Shown: positions 29,788 through 39,176 of the stretch, one piece after another
How positions within the stretch are numbered: the first letter of the stretch is position 1
Layout of the letters: every line of letters begins with the position of its first letter
Assembly (NCBI GenBank): GCA_964422915.1
Contig: CAYRDG010000001.1
Span: 101,402-165,401, forward strand
Length of the DNA stretch: 64,000 nt
Origin: an uncultured Frigoriglobus sp.
GTDB lineage: Bacteria > Planctomycetota > Planctomycetia > Gemmatales > Gemmataceae
Direction: 5' to 3'
Notes under the pieces: model-generated
Told to the model about the DNA's origin: nothing
Databases searched by the model: none
What the model saw: only the letters and a program-made list of their open reading frames with translations
Position numbers and translations under genes: made by a program

Positions 29788-31512
29788 ATGCTTACTAGCT
29801 TCAACCCGGTTGCCGCGCGCCTGCCTGCCGCCGTTGAGGAACCACCATACGCCGGCCGACTCACCGACCGCGCGTGCAAGTGGCTCGCCACCGCGCTGAT
29901 CCTGGCATCGGTGCTGTATCACCTTGTGTATCTCGCGTTCAACTGCCCGCTCGATATCTCCCAGGACGAGGCGCACTACTGGCAGTGGTCGCGACATCTC
30001 GCATGGAGTTACTACAGCAAGGGGCCACTGGTTGCGTGGCTCATCCGGGCATCGTGCGAGCTATTCGGTCCACTGAGTGAATCGCTGACTGGTTCGCTCA
30101 TGCCAGCGGTGCGGTTCCCGGCGCTCGTCAGCCACGCGGCGCTACTCGCGGGTTGGTATGTCCTTGCGGCTTCAACCCTGAAGAATCACCGGGCCGCGCT
30201 GGCGATGGTCGCCATGGCGCTGAGTTTCCCTGCGGTGTCGGCTACGGCGGTCATCATGACCATCGACCCGCCATTTCTGGCACTGTGGTGCTGGGCCGTG
30301 GTCGGGGTGTGGAAGGGGCTGGAGCGAAGTTCCCAGTCTCAGCTATCTTCGCGGCCAGGAACCGAGGGCGAAGCACCGCGCCGCACAGCCTCCGGGATGA
30401 GGTGGTGGCTTCTGGCCGCTGTTTGCTCCGCGCTGGGTGTGCTGGCGAAGTACCCAATGGTGCTGCTCCCCTGCGGCGTGTTCGGTTATCTCCTCTTCTA
30501 TCGGCGTGCCGAACTGAAGCGGGTGGGCTTCTGGGTGTTCGTGCTTGGCTCGGTCGCGGGGTTGGTGCCAGTGTTCGTGTGGAATGCTGCGAACGACTGG
30601 GTGACATTCAAGCACGTCGGGACGCAAGCGGCCGGGTCGCGCGGCAGCGGTATCCGATGGCTCGGCCCGCTCGCTTACGCTGGAGGGCAGGCCGCGTTCC
30701 TCATCGGAGCATGGTTCATCGTGTGGGTATGTGCCGCGTGGAAGTATCGCCGCGACTCCGATCCGGCTCGCGCGTTCCTCTGGTGGTGTTGCGTACCCGT
30801 GTGGGGCGTGTTCGCGGTCGCAAGCCTCAAGGCTTCCGGGCAGCTCAACTGGCCTGCGGCCGCTTACGTCACGGGCTTCGTGCTGTGCGTGGCGTGGATT
30901 CGCGAACAACTTGGCGGCGCGTATCGCAAGCCGGTCGCGCGGCTCGTCAGCTTCGGCCTGGCACTGGGCCTCGCGCTCTCGATCTTCGTGCATTACCCAC
31001 TGTTGATGCGGCCCGCGCTGGTATCCATCGCCGGAGCGCCTACGGAGAAGAACCCGACGCCGATTCGCAAGTTCGATCCGACGGCGCGGCTTCGTGGGTG
31101 GCAGACACTTGCGAAGGAAGTGGACCGGATTCGCGCGCGCGTTCGTGCCGAAACAGGCGAGGAACCACTCATCGCCGGGACCGTGTGGAACATGCCGGGC
31201 ATCCTTGGCGTTTACTGTGAAGGACACCCGGAGACCTATTCCTTCGGCCTGGCGATGGCCGATCGGCACTCGCAGTACGACGTGTGGCACCCGAACCCGG
31301 TGGCCGATGCGCAAGCGTTCCGCGGGCGAACGTTCGTGTTCGTGGGGGATGGACTCCCCGCAGACTCCGGTGTCTTCGACCACATCGATCCGCCGACCAT
31401 CGTCACGCACACGGAAGACGGTGTGCCAGTCGCGGTGTGGTGGGTGTGGGTAGGTCGTGGCTTCCGCGGCTTCCCTGACAAGCCGCTCTACCCACGCTCC
31501 GATCGTTACTAA
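29788..31512 (+). CDS. Glycosyltransferase family 39 (ArnT / PMT-like, polytopic membrane)
   Basis: DEAHYWQWSRHLAWSYYSKGPLVAWLI is the typical first periplasmic loop motif. There are at least 10 hydrophobic segments. Confidence 0.8.
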   Translation: MLTSFNPVAARLPAAVEEPPYAGRLTDRACKWLATALILASVLYHLVYLAFNCPLDISQDEAHYWQWSRHLAWSYYSKGPLVAWLIRASCELFGPLSESLTGSLMPAVRFPALVSHAALLAGWYVLAASTLKNHRAALAMVAMALSFPAVSATAVIMTIDPPFLALWCWAVVGVWKGLERSSQSQLSSRPGTEGEAPRRTASGMRWWLLAAVCSALGVLAKYPMVLLPCGVFGYLLFYRRAELKRVGFWVFVLGSVAGLVPVFVWNAANDWVTFKHVGTQAAGSRGSGIRWLGPLAYAGGQAAFLIGAWFIVWVCAAWKYRRDSDPARAFLWWCCVPVWGVFAVASLKASGQLNWPAAAYVTGFVLCVAWIREQLGGAYRKPVARLVSFGLALGLALSIFVHYPLLMRPALVSIAGAPTEKNPTPIRKFDPTARLRGWQTLAKEVDRIRARVRAETGEEPLIAGTVWNMPGILGVYCEGHPETYSFGLAMADRHSQYDVWHPNPVADAQAFRGRTFVFVGDGLPADSGVFDHIDPPTIVTHTEDGVPVAVWWVWVGRGFRGFPDKPLYPRSDRY

Positions 31513-31542
31513 CGCAAGCCCGCGCGCGGATTCACATAGATG

Positions 31543-31580
31543 CCCGGCGGCGAGAGAATGGACATTCTCTCGCCGCCGGG
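31543..31580 (+). terminator. Intrinsic terminator-like hairpin after the GT39 gene
   Basis: CCCGGCGGCGAGAGAATG-GA-CATTCTCTCGCCGCCGGG has 18-nt perfectly complementary arms and is followed by CGTTTTGG. An outer GGATTC/GAATCC pair flanks it. Confidence 0.65.
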
Positions 31581-31645
31581 CGTTTTGGCGAATCCACACT
31601 TCCGGTATAATTTCCACCATCTTTCCCGCACCTCGGAGCCGCACC

Positions 31646-33049
31646 ATGAACACCGGTCGCGTCCTGCAGTCGCTCGCGTGCGTCGGATTGGGCGTCCTCG
31701 GCGGAAGCCTCGTAACTCCGCAACTCGTCGGTCAGCCTGCGATTCCTCCACTCGGTGGGCCGCGCGCCGCGATGCCAGGGCGCGAGTGGCTGTCGGTTGC
31801 TCCGGTGGTCAATCGCGTACTGCCGGGCGTGGTGCTCATCGAGAGCCAGGGTCGCGAGAAGAAGACTGCCGGAGAAGATACCGATCCGGGTTTCGGTTCG
31901 GGCGTGCTGATTGACCCGTCGGGTGTCATTCTCACGAACAACCACGTCGTTAACGACCTCGACGCGGTGGAAATCACGCTTCACGACGGCCGCAAGTTCA
32001 CGACTACCGACATTCGCCGCGATCCGAAGTCAGACATCGCACTCGTGAAGATCGAATCGAAACAGCCTTTGCCAGTCGTCGAACTTGGCGATAGCAACGC
32101 GATGGAAGTCGGCGACCGCGTGCTTGCCATCGGCGCACCGTTCGGGCTGCTGGAATCGGTCACGAGCGGGATTGTCAGCGCGAAGGGACGCAAGGGGTTG
32201 AAGCTGAATCCGGTCGAGGATTTCATTCAGACCGATGCCGCGGTGAACTCCGGCAACAGCGGCGGAGCGCTTGTCAACATGGATGGCAAGGTGATCGGCC
32301 TGACGGCTGCGATCAAGACACGCACCGGCGGTTTCCAGGGGATCGGGCTGGCAGTGTCGAGCAACCTCGCGAAGCGTGTGGGTGCCGACCTGCTCAAGAA
32401 TGGCGGGGCGCGCCGGACATACATCGGTGCCAGCGTGCGCAATCTGGATGAGGATGCCGCACGCAAGGCGGGATACAAGGGCGCCGCCAGCGCCGCTGTG
32501 GTCACGTCTGTCGCGGAAGGCTCGCCAGCAGCGAAGGCCGGCGTTCTCATCGGCGATGTGATTACGAAGGTCAACGGCGTGCAGGTCCGCGATCGGCAGG
32601 AGTTCGCGAAGGTCGTTTCGACACTCCCGGCGGGGCAGACCGTGGATGTGCTTCTGTGGCGCGGCGGGAAGTTCTATCGCGGCAAGGTAACGGTTGAGGA
32701 GGGTAAGCCGCTTCCCAGGCCGACTCCGCTCCCTGGTATGGCGGCGACAACTGCCACCTCCGGGACACTGGGGCTGGCCATGACGGACTTCACCGCGGAG
32801 ATGGCGAAGATCCGCAAACTCCCCGATGGGACGAAGGGCGCGGCCATCTCTGGCGTGGAACACGACAGCCTCGCCGAGAAAGCCGGGCTGACACGCAGTT
32901 GGATCGTGCTCAAAGCAGACAAGACGCCAGTCACATCAGCACTGAGCTTCGAGCAGGCGCTTCGCAAGGCCGATCCGGAGAAGGGGATTCTGCTGGATGT
33001 GCTGAAGCCAGACGGCGACGTTGTGTTTGTCGTGTTGCCAGTGAAATGA
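31646..33049 (+). CDS. htrA: HtrA/DegP-family serine protease with two PDZ domains
   Basis: ILTNNHVV (His), DIALVKI (Asp) and GNSGGALVN (Ser) form the catalytic triad motifs. They are followed by two PDZ-like regions. Confidence 0.9.
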   Translation: MNTGRVLQSLACVGLGVLGGSLVTPQLVGQPAIPPLGGPRAAMPGREWLSVAPVVNRVLPGVVLIESQGREKKTAGEDTDPGFGSGVLIDPSGVILTNNHVVNDLDAVEITLHDGRKFTTTDIRRDPKSDIALVKIESKQPLPVVELGDSNAMEVGDRVLAIGAPFGLLESVTSGIVSAKGRKGLKLNPVEDFIQTDAAVNSGNSGGALVNMDGKVIGLTAAIKTRTGGFQGIGLAVSSNLAKRVGADLLKNGGARRTYIGASVRNLDEDAARKAGYKGAASAAVVTSVAEGSPAAKAGVLIGDVITKVNGVQVRDRQEFAKVVSTLPAGQTVDVLLWRGGKFYRGKVTVEEGKPLPRPTPLPGMAATTATSGTLGLAMTDFTAEMAKIRKLPDGTKGAAISGVEHDSLAEKAGLTRSWIVLKADKTPVTSALSFEQALRKADPEKGILLDVLKPDGDVVFVVLPVK

Positions 33050-33096
33050 AGTTACGGTGGCAGTGGGCGTTGCGCCAGTCGGACCTCACCCAACGC

Positions 33097-33834
33097 CTAT
33101 CCCTCATCGCGATTCCGTGCGGCCGCGCGGAGGGTGCCGTAGCCCACGGGTAGGAGCTTCGGCCGCGGCACCATAACGCCCGTGATGCCGCCGTGCGTGT
33201 CCCACAAATCGCGGTAGTTCGACCGCAGGAAGTGAAATACGTCTGGCTGTGGATGATTCGCGAGGTAGCCGCGCACCAGTTCGGCCATGCGGGAATCGTA
33301 CCCTTCCTTTGAGTGCGAATGCACTGCATAGCGGCCAGGGTGGCGCCGGAGGTCGCCATCGAAGCGCGGGCTGACGTGGTACAGTTCGTGAAACACCGTC
33401 ACAAGTTTTTCGCGGAATGGCTGATCGAGGAAACGCGGCAAGCAGAACGTGAGGACATAGAGCATCTCGCTTCCATCCACGAAGTAGCGCTGCACCTGAT
33501 ACTCGGTGTGGCCATGCCGCCGGGTCAACGCGCCGTCGCGGAAACGCAACGGCGTGACGCGAGCCTGGAGACCATAACGGCTGCGGTTGCGGCTGTGGGT
33601 GAAGCTGACGAGCACACGCGGCATCTGAACGTGACGCAGTTCCTCGCACCGCGACGCCACGTCGGCGCAGAGGCGGCGCATTCGTGCTGTGAAGTCGAAC
33701 ACCGCGGCGCGCGGCGCGGCGCCTGGCGGGCGGATGCCGTCGGGCACCACCCAGCGTGCGGGTAGTGGGTGCCGGGCATCCCAGCGCAGTTCCAGAGGGA
33801 GTGCTCGCGGGCGGCTATTCCTTGTGCCGATCAT
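33097..33834 (-). CDS. Hypothetical protein with HExxH zinc-metallopeptidase-like motif
   Basis: 245-aa ORF with VFHELYHV. I could not make a finer family assignment by eye. Confidence 0.55.
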   Translation of the reverse strand: MIGTRNSRPRALPLELRWDARHPLPARWVVPDGIRPPGAAPRAAVFDFTARMRRLCADVASRCEELRHVQMPRVLVSFTHSRNRSRYGLQARVTPLRFRDGALTRRHGHTEYQVQRYFVDGSEMLYVLTFCLPRFLDQPFREKLVTVFHELYHVSPRFDGDLRRHPGRYAVHSHSKEGYDSRMAELVRGYLANHPQPDVFHFLRSNYRDLWDTHGGITGVMVPRPKLLPVGYGTLRAAARNRDEG

Positions 33835-34056
33835 CCGTGCGGTAACCCATGAGCCGATGGAGGTGAGGCTAGAGGGCCATGCTAGAGCGGAACGTGAAGC
33901 GGGTCAACGATCTATCCGCCGGCTGTGTCTTCTTCACATATGTGAAATTCGATTGAAGCGGTGCGCGTGGACTGGCCGATACAGGTGGCAATCCCGGATG
34001 ATCCGCGCGAGGGGCGTGAGATCGTCAGGCAACGGATTCGCTTTATGGGGTGCGGG

Positions 34057-34365
34057 ATGCGGACCAATCGGAAATGGCTGGCGCGCGTCGCGGCCTTCGT
34101 TATGCTCGCTCTGACTTCCTCGACCGGGTGTCAGACCTGGTACGGCGGCTTGACGCTGCCAAGTGGTCGTTATTTGGACGGTCACTTCCCACAATACTTC
34201 GCACCAGACCCGTCATTCCCACTGCCGCGTGAGCTGGCCAGCATGGAAGACCCAGAGGGTGCCGCACGGCGTGCCGGCGGGCCCGCACTCGGACCGATTC
34301 CAGCGGCTCCTGGCGCGCCTGAACCAGGTGCCGGCAATCCTGGTGCTTCCACGCCGATCCCGTGA
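34057..34365 (+). CDS. Small lipoprotein, Pro/Gly/Ala-rich C-terminus
   Basis: MRTNRKWLARVAAFVMLALTSSTGC has a signal peptide plus lipobox. An alternative ATG is at 34045. Confidence 0.55.
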   Translation: MRTNRKWLARVAAFVMLALTSSTGCQTWYGGLTLPSGRYLDGHFPQYFAPDPSFPLPRELASMEDPEGAARRAGGPALGPIPAAPGAPEPGAGNPGASTPIP

Positions 34366-34387
34366 TTGAGCCATCAGTACGCACTCC

Positions 34388-34417
34388 GAACGCCAGCAAC
34401 GCAAGTTGCTGGCGTTC
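34388..34417 (+). terminator. Hairpin after the lipoprotein gene
   Basis: GAACGCCAGCAAC-GCAA-GTTGCTGGCGTTC forms a 13-bp perfect stem with a GCAA tetraloop. Confidence 0.55.
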
Positions 34418-34641
34418 GTGCGTTGGAGGAGCAGACTCGAATGCTTCTGCGCGAGCGGCAGTGAGTGAATCTCTCCTCCGAGAAAGCCGCGCGACCCTTC
34501 GCCGGCTCGGCTTGATTCGGCCGTGGCCTCACGTTATTGCCCCCCTGTACCGAGCGAACGACTTCCACCACCCGGCATGGACGCCGCGACGGGGGAGATA
34601 GCGGCGAATTGGGGTCGCCCGACGTTCGGGGGAGGGGAAAC

Positions 34642-35232
34642 ATGGCGCAGGGAACGCGCGGACGGTGGATGCGAGTCGCGGCGACTGGCTTCGGGGTGCT
34701 TCTCTGCACCAGCCTGGTCGGCTGCATGAACAGCGACAAACCAAAAGACCTGAGGAAGCAGGGGCTGCCTGGCACCCCGTCGCTCTCAGCCACGAATCCC
34801 GGAGCGGCAAACGCCCGGACGCGAATGGGAACCCAGCAGTACGGCGGGCCAGGTGCGAACCTGCAACAGGGAAGCCCTACGTCGCCGGCCGCAGGGCTTG
34901 GTGCAGGGGCGACGCGATACGGCACATCTGGCACGAACAGCTACAACAGTGGCGCTCAGCCAACCAACTTCAACACATACGGTGCGAATCCGGGTCAGCC
35001 GGGTGTGATCGGGTCGCCCACGATACCTGGCCAGGTGCCAGCAGGCGCTGGCGGGCCGATTGGGGCTGCGCCAGCGAGTACGAGCCACAGTGTCGCCGGG
35101 GCGTACAACGTGGACCCGTTGCCGCCTGCACCGCCGGGCGATCTGACTTACGGTGCCGTGACGCCACCTTCAACGAACAGCGCGCCGCAGCAGTATAGCC
35201 TTAGCAATGGTGCATACGGCGGTCGGCAGTAA
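34642..35232 (+). CDS. Low-complexity (G/N/Q/P/T/Y-rich) lipoprotein
   Basis: MAQGTRGRWMRVAATGFGVLLCTSLVGC has a signal peptide plus lipobox. A GGGGGAGGGG SD precedes the ATG at 34642. Confidence 0.55.
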   Translation: MAQGTRGRWMRVAATGFGVLLCTSLVGCMNSDKPKDLRKQGLPGTPSLSATNPGAANARTRMGTQQYGGPGANLQQGSPTSPAAGLGAGATRYGTSGTNSYNSGAQPTNFNTYGANPGQPGVIGSPTIPGQVPAGAGGPIGAAPASTSHSVAGAYNVDPLPPAPPGDLTYGAVTPPSTNSAPQQYSLSNGAYGGRQ

Positions 35233-35263
35233 GGAATGTGCGATTCGTGCGAGCGCCTGGGAT

Positions 35264-36037
35264 TTACACCCGGGCGTTCGCTTTTTCCAGCCGCTTCACG
35301 AAGCGCGCCGCGACGTAGCCCGCCTTGAAGCCAGCGTCGATATTCACCGTGCAGACACCCGCTGAGCAACTGTTGAGCATCGTCAGAAGCGCTGCGATTC
35401 CGCCAAAGGCCGAGCCGTAGCCAATGCTCGTTGGGCATGCGATCACCGGGCAATCGACCAGTCCGCCCACCACGCTCGGCAGCGCGCCGTCCATCCCTGC
35501 AACTACGATCACCACATCCGCGCTCGCGAGTCGCTCGCGCTGCCGCAGAATCCGGTGCAACCCCGCGACACCCACATCCACGATTAACTCCACCGCAGCG
35601 CCCATCACACTCGCGGTCACCATCGCTTCGCGTGCCACGGGTAGATCGCTCGTGCCAGCGGTGACGACGAAGACCTTCCCGGCCGGCGCGGGTCGCTCGC
35701 CAGGGCGTGGCAGCCAGAATGTGCGTGCGAGGCGGTCCTGTTCGGCCTGTGGGAACATCACCGCCAGGTGATCGGCCTGCGCTGCGCAGACGCGAGTGAC
35801 GAGGCAGTCCTCCCCGGCTTCGGAAAGCCGCCGAACCGCACCTTCCACCCATTCCGCCGTCTTCCCTTCCGCGAATACCACCTCAGGGAAACCGCATCGT
35901 TGCCTGCGGTCCAGGTCGAGCGTTGCGAAGCTCAGTTCGGCGACCGATGCCTGGCCGAGTTTCGTAGCGGCAGCCTCTATTCCGAGTGCGCCGGTCTGCA
36001 CGTCCTCCAGAAGTTCACGCAGCTCGTCGGGGGTCAT
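35264..36037 (-). CDS. larB: Nickel-pincer cofactor biosynthesis protein LarB (AIR-carboxylase-like)
   Basis: An N-terminal ~110-aa LarB-specific region is followed by a PurE-like core (VFVVTAGTSDLPVAREA...VDVGVAGLHR...VVIVVAGMDGALPSVVGG). A GGAGAG SD precedes the start. Confidence 0.85.
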   Translation of the reverse strand: MTPDELRELLEDVQTGALGIEAAATKLGQASVAELSFATLDLDRRQRCGFPEVVFAEGKTAEWVEGAVRRLSEAGEDCLVTRVCAAQADHLAVMFPQAEQDRLARTFWLPRPGERPAPAGKVFVVTAGTSDLPVAREAMVTASVMGAAVELIVDVGVAGLHRILRQRERLASADVVIVVAGMDGALPSVVGGLVDCPVIACPTSIGYGSAFGGIAALLTMLNSCSAGVCTVNIDAGFKAGYVAARFVKRLEKANARV

Positions 36038-36178
36038 TTTTTCTCTCCGTGGTGTTCCAGGTCGACCGCTTGACTGGCTGGCGAGCCGCTCGCGTAGCGA
36101 GAACCGATTCTTCTTCTGTCTTCGTAGCCGTGTGGGACCCAGGCGACGACTTGAAGGAATTTTGACTTCCTGCCAAAA

Positions 36179-37960
36179 ATGCTCAACTTCTCAGTCGCTG
36201 GAGTCGATACAGGCGATACGGCCCGCACAGCGCGCGGGCAGATGGGGGGCACGCTCATGCAATTCGCCGCAGTCGCACTGCTGGGGATGACGGTTGGCCA
36301 GCCGGCCGGGGCCGATTACATCCCCATGAACTCGCGCGACATCGCCATCCCCATCGAATACAAGAAAGACCGCAAGCAGATTCGCCAGGTACTGCTCTAC
36401 GTCGCACGCAACGGCGAGAACACCTGGTACCAGGAAGCGGCCGTCACGCCCGACAAGGATTCCTTCGCTTATCACGCGAAGGAAGACGGCGTGTACTGGT
36501 TCAAGATGGTGATCGAAGACCTCAAGGGGAATCGGGATCCGGCCGACCTGACACGCGATCCACCCGATCTGAAGATGGTCTTCGATACCACTCGGCCACA
36601 GGTGCATTTCACCAGTGCTCGCCGGAGCGGTGAAGAGATCATCGTGGAATGGCAGTTGGAGGACAAGTTCCCCAACGAGGCCGCAACAAAGGTTCACTTC
36701 CGCCCCTCGAACGATACGAAGGCGTTCTGGCGTGAAGTGCAACTCCCCGCCAACTCGCACAGTGGCGTGAAGTTCTCTTGCTTCACCACAGAGACTGTTA
36801 CGGTGAGAGTCACTGCAGCCGACGTGGCCGGCAATCGTACCGAGGCAACGAAAGACTTTCCTGGCACCGCACCGGCCACGAATCAGCAAACGACGAGCAC
36901 TGCCTACGCACCACCGATTCAGAACACCGGCGCGACCGAGAACAGCAGCGCGATTCCGGCTCCCGATGGCCGCGGGCCAGCAGTCACACCGCCAGTGGCG
37001 ATCACTCCGCCTGGCCCTGTCGCGCCCGTTCCTCCGGTCGGGCCTGCACCGCTTCCGCCATCGCCATCGGCGATGACAACAACTCCGCCCGCCGTGGCAT
37101 TGCCCGTCACGCCGGCGGCTGTTGCGAACACTCAGGCCGCTACCCAGCCACTACCAACGGTGGATCCGAAAGCACCGCCGGCGGCGCGATCGGCCACGAG
37201 CAACGCAACGCCCGCTTCCTGGGGTGCCGCCGCGCAGCCGACTGTGGAAGTCACTCGCGCACAGGTGATCAATTACGCGCGGTTCGACCTCGGCTTCGAC
37301 CTGGAGCAACGCGGACCTTCAGGCATCAGCCGCGTGGATCTTTGGGTCACACGCGACGAGGGAAAGACCTGGCGAAAGTGGAGCCAGCACGACGGCAAGG
37401 GCGGCGTAGTTCGCGTGGCACTCGACGTGCGTGAGAACACGCAACTGGAAGGGAACTACGGCTTCCACCTGGTACCAGTCAGTGGCGCCGGGCTGAGTGA
37501 ACGAGAACCGGCGGCCGGTGATGCTCCGGAGATGCGCGTGGTACTCGACGTAACCGCTCCGCAGATTGACCTGTACCCGCCCTCATCCGACCCGAACGCA
37601 TCGGACACGCTCGTTCTCCAATGGAAGGCGAGCGACCGTAACTTCGGCAACGAGCCGATCTCCCTGGAGTGGGGAGCCACGCCGACTGGGCCGTGGAAGC
37701 CCGTCGCGCTGACAGGTAGCGAACCAGTTGTGCAGGCCACGGCGATCAACACGCCGGTCGCGAAGCGACTGGCGAACACGGGGCAGTTCGCGTGGCGCGT
37801 GCCCGCCGGTGTGCCCGCCCGCGTCTATCTGAAAGCTACAGCCCGCGACGCTGCCGGTAACGTCAAGGAAGTCGTGACACGCGAGCCGATCCTCGTGGAT
37901 CTGACCAAGCCGAAGGCGAAGATCAGTGGTATTGTTCCGGCTGGCGCCACGAAGCCGTAG
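36179..37960 (+). CDS. Secreted hypothetical protein: two related beta-rich modules separated by a ~110-aa Pro/Thr/Ala-rich linker
   Basis: Both modules share a pattern (V.L(Y/W)V..(N/D).G.TW ... (D/E)G.Y.F..V..(D/S) ... (D/V)T..PQ(V/I)). The start is uncertain (36179, 36242 or 36257). Confidence 0.6.
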   Translation: MLNFSVAGVDTGDTARTARGQMGGTLMQFAAVALLGMTVGQPAGADYIPMNSRDIAIPIEYKKDRKQIRQVLLYVARNGENTWYQEAAVTPDKDSFAYHAKEDGVYWFKMVIEDLKGNRDPADLTRDPPDLKMVFDTTRPQVHFTSARRSGEEIIVEWQLEDKFPNEAATKVHFRPSNDTKAFWREVQLPANSHSGVKFSCFTTETVTVRVTAADVAGNRTEATKDFPGTAPATNQQTTSTAYAPPIQNTGATENSSAIPAPDGRGPAVTPPVAITPPGPVAPVPPVGPAPLPPSPSAMTTTPPAVALPVTPAAVANTQAATQPLPTVDPKAPPAARSATSNATPASWGAAAQPTVEVTRAQVINYARFDLGFDLEQRGPSGISRVDLWVTRDEGKTWRKWSQHDGKGGVVRVALDVRENTQLEGNYGFHLVPVSGAGLSEREPAAGDAPEMRVVLDVTAPQIDLYPPSSDPNASDTLVLQWKASDRNFGNEPISLEWGATPTGPWKPVALTGSEPVVQATAINTPVAKRLANTGQFAWRVPAGVPARVYLKATARDAAGNVKEVVTREPILVDLTKPKAKISGIVPAGATKP

Positions 37961-38238
37961 CTCGCGAAGCCAGAGGCTGGGTGGTGTTGAGACGCGCGGA
38001 ACCATGCGTTCACACTTCCTGGCAAGGGTCGACGGACGCAATAGCACGATTCAACTCTGGGCGATCGTGCGTGGGAACTCAAAGCGCAGACGGGAGTTTA
38101 CGGAACCAAATTGCTCGCAGAGTCCGGAATTCCGGTCCAGATCGCTGGTTCGATTTGCAAGAAGCCCTGTTCGTGACCTAGATTCCAGTTGCGACGTGAA
38201 TTCATCCTCACGCGCAACCAGGGACACAGGGTCGCGCG

Positions 38239-39129
38239 ATGGTTGAGAAAGCCACCGACACCTGGATAAGCGCGCCGAAGAAACTCTTCTCTGCGGCCAC
38301 GCGCGAGGCGTGTCTGGTCCATATCTATCCGTCTGGCCCGACGATGGGCTGCCGGTATCCGCTGACCGACCGGTCACTGGCCATTGGTCGTGGCGATGAC
38401 TGTGACATTCGGCTAACGGATCATTCCGTCTCGCGCAAACACGCCCGCATCGAGGCAACCCCTGACGGTTACCGCGTCTTCGACCAGAAAAGCCTCAACG
38501 GCACGTTCGTTAACGACAAGCAACTCGACTGCGGCACACTGCTGCACGATGGTGATTACCTCCGCGTCGGCAATTGCATCTATCGTTACCTGGCTGGCGG
38601 CAACATCGAGGCCGAGTATCACGAGGAGATTTACCGGCTCACGATCCTGGATGGCCTCACACAGATTCACAACAGCCGATATTTGAACGAATTCCTGGCG
38701 CGCGAGGTGGTTCGATCGCAGCGTCACAACCGCCCTCTGTCGGTACTGGCGCTCGACATCGACCGGTTCAAGACACTCAACGACTCACTCGGCCACCTCT
38801 GCGGCGACTTCGCCCTGCGCGAACTGGCAGATGTGATCCGTGACAACGTGCGACAGGAAGACCTTTTCGCTCGTTGTGGTGGTGAGGAGTTCGTTGCTGT
38901 ATTGGTAGAGACGACCCTGGAGGGTGCAGTGATCGTGGCCGAACGGTTGCGTGAAGCTGTCCAGAATCATCAGTTCCGCTTTGAGACAACGCCAATCAGC
39001 ATCACTGTGAGCATCGGCATCGCGACCACCAGCGGTGATGCGGCTGTCACACCCAAGTCGCTTCGTCAGGCGGCGGACGACATGCTCTACGAGGCCAAAC
39101 GCGGCGGTCGCAACCGCGTCTGCTGGTAG
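38239..39129 (+). CDS. FHA-domain diguanylate cyclase (FHA-GGDEF)
   Basis: FHA motifs: LAIGRGDDCDIRL.D.SVSRKHARI and SLNGTFVN. The GGDEF domain shows RHNRPLSVLALDIDRFKTLND and an active site GGEEF. Confidence 0.9.
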   Translation: MVEKATDTWISAPKKLFSAATREACLVHIYPSGPTMGCRYPLTDRSLAIGRGDDCDIRLTDHSVSRKHARIEATPDGYRVFDQKSLNGTFVNDKQLDCGTLLHDGDYLRVGNCIYRYLAGGNIEAEYHEEIYRLTILDGLTQIHNSRYLNEFLAREVVRSQRHNRPLSVLALDIDRFKTLNDSLGHLCGDFALRELADVIRDNVRQEDLFARCGGEEFVAVLVETTLEGAVIVAERLREAVQNHQFRFETTPISITVSIGIATTSGDAAVTPKSLRQAADDMLYEAKRGGRNRVCW

Positions 39130-39176
39130 CCGGATAATGGCACGGCGTTCCTTTCGCTCTTCCGCTGGCCTCTCTG

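Noticed and set aside
33933-33946. Perfect 14-nt palindrome TTCACATATGTGAA in the divergent region between the HExxH protein gene and the lipoprotein gene
   Set aside because: By my rough estimate, a few 14-nt perfect palindromes are expected by chance in 64 kb. There is no second copy in the window and no match to an operator consensus I can name. It is worth a look only if it recurs genome-wide.
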